Position numbers and translations under genes: made by a program. The notes beneath the pieces were generated by a model, which was not told the origin of the DNA, made no database searches, and was given only the letters and a program-made list of their open reading frames with translations. Positions 35,713-39,783 of a stretch of 39,783 nt of DNA are shown in pieces. Origin of the DNA: Acidimicrobiia bacterium (GTDB lineage: Bacteria; Actinomycetota; Acidimicrobiia; Spongiisociales; ZC4RG35); the NCBI GenBank assembly GCA_003230435.1, contig QIDW01000288.1:1-39783 (forward strand), given 5' to 3'. Position 1 is the first letter of the stretch, and each line of letters begins with the position of its first letter.

Positions 35713-36666
35713 ATGTACCGATTCGTTGGCAAACGCATCCTCTATGCCATACCGCTCCTGTTCGCCATCTCGCTGCTCGCCTTTTTCCTGCTGCAGGCTG
35801 TGCCGGGCGGCCCTGCCGCCGCCTACCAAGGGATCGCCAACGTCTCGGGCGACGATCTGGCCCGCATCCAGGCCGAGCTAGGCCTCGATCGTCCGCTGAT
35901 CGTCCAATACTTCTCCTGGCTGGGCAGCTTCCTGAGGGGAGACTGGGGAGTTTCCTTCTCGGCGCGCCAGCCCGTGCTCGAACTAGTCATGGATCGTTTG
36001 CCCGCAACTCTCATCTTGATGGGAGCGGCTCTGACTGTCTCGCTTGTCATCGCCATACCGCTGGGAATGATTGCCGCCTTGCGTCGCAACACCTGGATCG
36101 ACCACCTGCTGACCTTCCAGAGTTTCGTCGGCCTGTCGATCCCCGTCTTTTGGCTGGGGCTGATGCTCATCATTGTTTTCACTGTGTGGCTGGGCTGGCT
36201 TCCCGGAGGTGGCATCGGGCCGCCCGGTGAGGACCCGGACCTTGTGACACGGCTCCGGTATATGATCCTGCCGGTCACTGCGCTTTCGCTGGTTTCCATA
36301 GGGTTTTTCACCAGATATCTGCGCGCCTCGATGGTCGAGGTAATGCACAAAGACTTCATGATGTTCAGCAAGGCGCGGGGGATTCCGTCGCGGAAGCGGT
36401 ACTTTCGAAATGGCTTCCGCAATGCGGGCATTCCCTTCATCACAGTCGTCGCCATCCATATTCCCGAGTATCTCGTCGGAGCACTGGTAGTCGAAACGAT
36501 CTTCTCGTGGCCGGGAACCGGACGGCTGTTCTGGGAGTCGGCAGTCCGCTTCGACTACCCGGTCATGATGGGGATACTGGTCCTCGTCTCGGTCCTGGTG
36601 GTGTTCTCGAATCTTCTTGCGGACGTGCTGTATGCGCGTTTCGACCCGAGGATCAGATATGACTGA
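35713..36666 (+). CDS. ABC transporter permease (DppB/OppB-like)
   Basis: MYRFVGKRILYAIPLLFAISLLAFFL is a typical N-terminus. It has 6 TM helices and the binding-protein-dependent transport EAA-type region. Confidence 0.88.
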   Translation: MYRFVGKRILYAIPLLFAISLLAFFLLQAVPGGPAAAYQGIANVSGDDLARIQAELGLDRPLIVQYFSWLGSFLRGDWGVSFSARQPVLELVMDRLPATLILMGAALTVSLVIAIPLGMIAALRRNTWIDHLLTFQSFVGLSIPVFWLGLMLIIVFTVWLGWLPGGGIGPPGEDPDLVTRLRYMILPVTALSLVSIGFFTRYLRASMVEVMHKDFMMFSKARGIPSRKRYFRNGFRNAGIPFITVVAIHIPEYLVGALVVETIFSWPGTGRLFWESAVRFDYPVMMGILVLVSVLVVFSNLLADVLYARFDPRIRYD

Positions 36667-37633
36667 GACACGCGACCGAGAAGAGTCGGCGCCAGAGATC
36701 AAAGAGGCAGTGTCGAGCGAGGAAGCGGCAGTGTCGGCGAAACGCCGGGGCTGGCGGATCTTCAGCCGCAATAGGGCCGCTCTGATCGGACTGATCGTCC
36801 TCGGTGTGATCGTGATTGCAACGCTCATCGGACCGATACTCAGCCCCTATGACCCACTCGCCCAGGATGTGCCAAACCGATTCCAACCACCGTCTCTGGC
36901 CCACCCCATGGGCACCGATGAGTTGGGTCGCGATTCGCTGACTCGTGTGTTGATTGGGGGCCGGCAGTCGCTTGCGGTTGCAGGGTTTGCCACCGTGGTC
37001 GCCCTGGTTTTGGGGCTCGTTGTTGGAGCGACTGCGGGGTTCTATGGACGCTGGGTGGACAATGTCTTGATGCGGTTTGTCGACCTGGCTCTTTCGCTGC
37101 CTGACTTGTTCTTGCTCATCCTTGCCAGCGCGCTCTTGGGCCCGAGTTTCTGGACGATCGTGATCATCATCGGCTTCGTCAGGTGGATGAACCCGGCTCG
37201 TCTCGTTCGTGGCTCTTTCCTGTCGCTACGGGAGCAGGAGTTCGTCGAAGCGGCACGTGCGGTCGGGGCAGGGCCGTTTCGCATAATGACCAGACACTTA
37301 TTGGTCAACTCTTTGAGCCCCGTGATCGTTGCCGGGACACTGCTGATTGCGTCTGCGATCATTGCCGAGTCCACCCTGAGTTTCCTCGGGTTGGGGCTCC
37401 AACCGCCGGCCTCCTCATGGGGGAGCATGCTCCGGAACACCCAGAGCCAGATGTTCACCGCACCATGGGCTGCGGTGTTCCCGGGGATGATGATCTTCTT
37501 GACGGTCATAGCTATAAACTTCGTCGGGGACGGGCTTCGAGACGTTTTCGACCCCGAGGGAGCGACCCGGATCCAGCCCGGATTCAAGGGCCGTGTCAGG
37601 AAGCTGATGACGCCGCGGCCCAAGCAGGCCTGA
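36659..37633 (+). CDS. ABC transporter permease (DppC/OppC-like)
   Basis: The ATG at 36659 overlaps the previous stop. HPMGTDELGRDSLTRVL and FVEAARAVGAGPFRIMTRHLLVNSLSP are typical DppC motifs. Confidence 0.88.
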   Translation: MTETRDREESAPEIKEAVSSEEAAVSAKRRGWRIFSRNRAALIGLIVLGVIVIATLIGPILSPYDPLAQDVPNRFQPPSLAHPMGTDELGRDSLTRVLIGGRQSLAVAGFATVVALVLGLVVGATAGFYGRWVDNVLMRFVDLALSLPDLFLLILASALLGPSFWTIVIIIGFVRWMNPARLVRGSFLSLREQEFVEAARAVGAGPFRIMTRHLLVNSLSPVIVAGTLLIASAIIAESTLSFLGLGLQPPASSWGSMLRNTQSQMFTAPWAAVFPGMMIFLTVIAINFVGDGLRDVFDPEGATRIQPGFKGRVRKLMTPRPKQA

Positions 37634-37667
37634 CCCGGCGATCATCGGTCCCCTTGTCGTTTGCCAC

Positions 37668-38726
37668 TCAGGCCGTGGCTGAGACCTCGGACGGGAAGTG
37701 GCAGGCAACCCAGTGACCCGGCTCGAGCTCACGAAACTCGGGCTCAGCGTCGGCGCAGATGCCCGGTGCTTGGGCTAGGGAACACCGTGTGCGGAAGCGA
37801 CACCCAGAAGGCGGTGCTGTTGGTGACGGCAACTCTCCCTCCAAGATGATTCTTTTCTGGTTCGCCGCCAGATCGGGGTCGGGGATGGGCACCGAGGCCA
37901 GCAACGCGTGCGTGTACGGATGGAGGGCCTTCCCGAAGAGCACGGGAGCAGATGCACGTTCCACCAGCTTGCCGAGGTACATCACCGCGACCTCGGTGCT
38001 GACGTGGCGGACCACCGACAGGTCGTGGGCGATGAATAGATAGGTCAACCCGAGGCTGTCCTGGAGGTCCATGAGCAGGTTGAGGACCTGGGCTTGCACC
38101 GAAACATCTAGCGCCGAGACGGGCTCATCGAGAATGAGAAGCGTGGGGCTCAGCACAAGTGCTCGGGCGATGCCAACTCTCTGTCGCTGGCCGCCGGAGA
38201 ACTGACGTGGGTAGCGATGGGCGTCGTTCGGCTCCAAGCCGACCAGTTGGAGGAGATCCGCGACTCGATCTGCTCTCTCCGAGCGATCGCCTATCCCGTA
38301 AATGGCCAGAGGCTCGGCGATGATGGAGCCGATGGTCATGCGAGGATTGAGCGAGGCGAACGGGTCCTGGAACACGATCTGCATGTGCATGCGGAGGTTG
38401 CGCAGTTCTTTGGGGCTCGCTGTCGTGATCTCAACCGTTTCGGTGGCATCCGAGTCGGCGTCCGTGGTACGAAACACGATCTGGCCGGACGTTGGCTCCA
38501 CGAGCCGCAACACACATCGTGCAGTGGTGGATTTTCCACATCCGGACTCTCCGACCAGGCTCATGGTTTGGCCCTTACTGATGTCGAAGGAGATGTCGGA
38601 AACCGCCTCCACCCAGGCGCTTTTGCGGCCGCTGACTGCACTGCTCTTGACCGGGTACCGCTTCACGAGATTGCGGACTTCGAGCATGTCAGCCGATCGA
38701 CTCGGGGCTTGGTCCTTTGTCGTCAT
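37668..38726 (-). CDS. Oligopeptide/dipeptide-type ABC ATPase (OppF/DppF-like)
   Basis: Walker A GESGCGKST, signature FSGGQRQR and Walker B LILDEPVSALD. The C-terminal oligopeptide-transporter extension carries Cys residues (PSGCRFRTRC...ICAD...ACHF). Confidence 0.9.
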   Translation of the reverse strand: MTTKDQAPSRSADMLEVRNLVKRYPVKSSAVSGRKSAWVEAVSDISFDISKGQTMSLVGESGCGKSTTARCVLRLVEPTSGQIVFRTTDADSDATETVEITTASPKELRNLRMHMQIVFQDPFASLNPRMTIGSIIAEPLAIYGIGDRSERADRVADLLQLVGLEPNDAHRYPRQFSGGQRQRVGIARALVLSPTLLILDEPVSALDVSVQAQVLNLLMDLQDSLGLTYLFIAHDLSVVRHVSTEVAVMYLGKLVERASAPVLFGKALHPYTHALLASVPIPDPDLAANQKRIILEGELPSPTAPPSGCRFRTRCSLAQAPGICADAEPEFRELEPGHWVACHFPSEVSATA

Positions 38727-39724
38727 CGAGTTCGGCCCTCTTTCTGCGGCACGAACTGTTCAGCAAGGTGGCATGCGGACAGACGTCCCTGTCCGAGGTC
38801 GACCAAAGGAGGTTCCTCGGTCACGCAGATCGATTCGACGTGGGCGCACCTGGGATGGAACCGGCATCCCGTAGGCAGAGATATCAAAGATGGAGGAGAG
38901 CCGCCGATGGTTGGGAGGCGGTCGGTCGGTTCCTGGTCCACGCGGGTCACCGAGTCGAGCAGGCCCTGGGTGTAGGGGTGGCACGGTGCTGTGTAGAGGT
39001 CGCGGGCGCCGGCCCGCTCAACCAGCCTCCCCGAGTACATGACCTGCACGTTCTCACAGAATCCGGCGACAACACCGAGATCATGGGTGATCAGAATCAC
39101 CGCGGTCTTGAGGTCCTCGGCGAGGGAGAGCATGAGATCGAGCACCTGGGCCTGGGTGGTCACGTCGAGGGCAGTGGTGGGCTCGTCGGCGATAACGAGA
39201 GCGGGTCGGCACATCAACGCTATCGCGATGACGACCCGTTGCCGCATCCCGCCGGAGAACTGATGCGGATAGTCGTCGATCCTTTCGCGTGGATTGGGGA
39301 TGTGAACGTCGCCCAGCGCGTCTATGGCCGCGGAACGGGCTGCCTTCTTGGAGATGCTGTTGTGGGCACGGAGTGTCTGGACCATCTGGTTCCCGACGGT
39401 GAACATCGGGTCGAGGGCCGTCATGGGATCCTGGAAGATCATGGCGATCTCGCCGCCGCGTATCTGCTGCATCTCCTGCTCGCTGGCCTCGAGAAGGTTC
39501 TTTCCCCGAAAGATCACACGCCCGCCGATTATCGCTCCGGGCGGCTCGATCAACCCCATGATCGACGCAGCCGTCACAGATTTGCCTGAGCCAGACTCGC
39601 CGACGATCGCCACCCGCTCCGACTCCTGGACGCTGAACGACACTCCGTCCACTGCACGAACGATTCCTGCGTCTGTCACAAAGACTGTGTGGAGGTCCAC
39701 AACGCCCAGCAAGGCATTCGCCAT
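38723..39724 (-). CDS. Oligopeptide/dipeptide-type ABC ATPase (OppD/DppD-like)
   Basis: Walker A GESGSGKS, signature FSGGMRQR and Walker B VIADEPTTALD, plus a C-terminal Cys-containing extension. There is an ATGA overlap with the downstream ATPase. I chose the ATG at 39724; the TTG at 39775 is possible. Confidence 0.9.
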   Translation of the reverse strand: MANALLGVVDLHTVFVTDAGIVRAVDGVSFSVQESERVAIVGESGSGKSVTAASIMGLIEPPGAIIGGRVIFRGKNLLEASEQEMQQIRGGEIAMIFQDPMTALDPMFTVGNQMVQTLRAHNSISKKAARSAAIDALGDVHIPNPRERIDDYPHQFSGGMRQRVVIAIALMCRPALVIADEPTTALDVTTQAQVLDLMLSLAEDLKTAVILITHDLGVVAGFCENVQVMYSGRLVERAGARDLYTAPCHPYTQGLLDSVTRVDQEPTDRLPTIGGSPPSLISLPTGCRFHPRCAHVESICVTEEPPLVDLGQGRLSACHLAEQFVPQKEGRTR

Positions 39725-39783
39725 CTCTGGTGGCAGCCTCCCCGGCCAGTCATCGGTGGTCACTACGGAGGTCAACTGGACCG

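Noticed and set aside
1-39783. CRISPR arrays, rRNA genes, tmRNA/SRP/6S-type RNAs and large-scale repeats
   Set aside because: I saw no regularly spaced repeats of 20 nt or more. No rRNA-like or tmRNA-like conserved blocks are present. The only structured RNA gene I can support is tRNA-Asn.

Overview
High-GC, actinobacterium-like chromosomal window. All calls come from reading motifs in the supplied translations and the raw sequence; no database search was possible.

**About 0-29.3 kb: housekeeping array.** It is tightly packed and mostly on the plus strand. In order:
- partial 3-hydroxyacyl-CoA dehydrogenase (-)
- leuS, then a small HExxH protein
- comEA-comEC, a DHPS-like protein, holA
- a vapBC toxin-antitoxin insertion (-), rpsT (-)
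- lepA-hemW, hrcA-dnaJ-rsmE, an XRE regulator
- phoH, a 7TM-HD (PgpH-like) protein, ybeY, a CorC/CNNM protein, era
- enoyl-CoA hydratase, pterin-4a-carbinolamine dehydratase (-)
- recO-uppS, glyQS, YceI, dnaG-rpoD

Many neighbouring genes overlap by 1-4 nt (ATGA, GTGA, TTGA), which suggests translational coupling.

**About 29.3-33.9 kb: the only accessory-looking patch.**
- an orphan FetB-like permease
- tRNA-Asn(GTT), whose 3' end is tandemly duplicated
- a short remnant ORF with a terminator
- a decayed IS30-family transposase
- an RRM-type RNA-binding protein
- a stand-alone class III cyclase-like protein preceded by an 83-aa two-TM protein
- a 394-nt leader region containing repeats and hairpins

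**About 33.9-39.8 kb: peptide/nickel-type ABC system.** A family-5 lipoprotein SBP and two permeases (+) converge on two Opp/Dpp-type ATPase genes (-).

I saw no rRNA genes and no CRISPR array. The best candidate for something undescribed is the cyclase-like/two-TM pair and its island context, but this is a hypothesis, not a demonstrated system.
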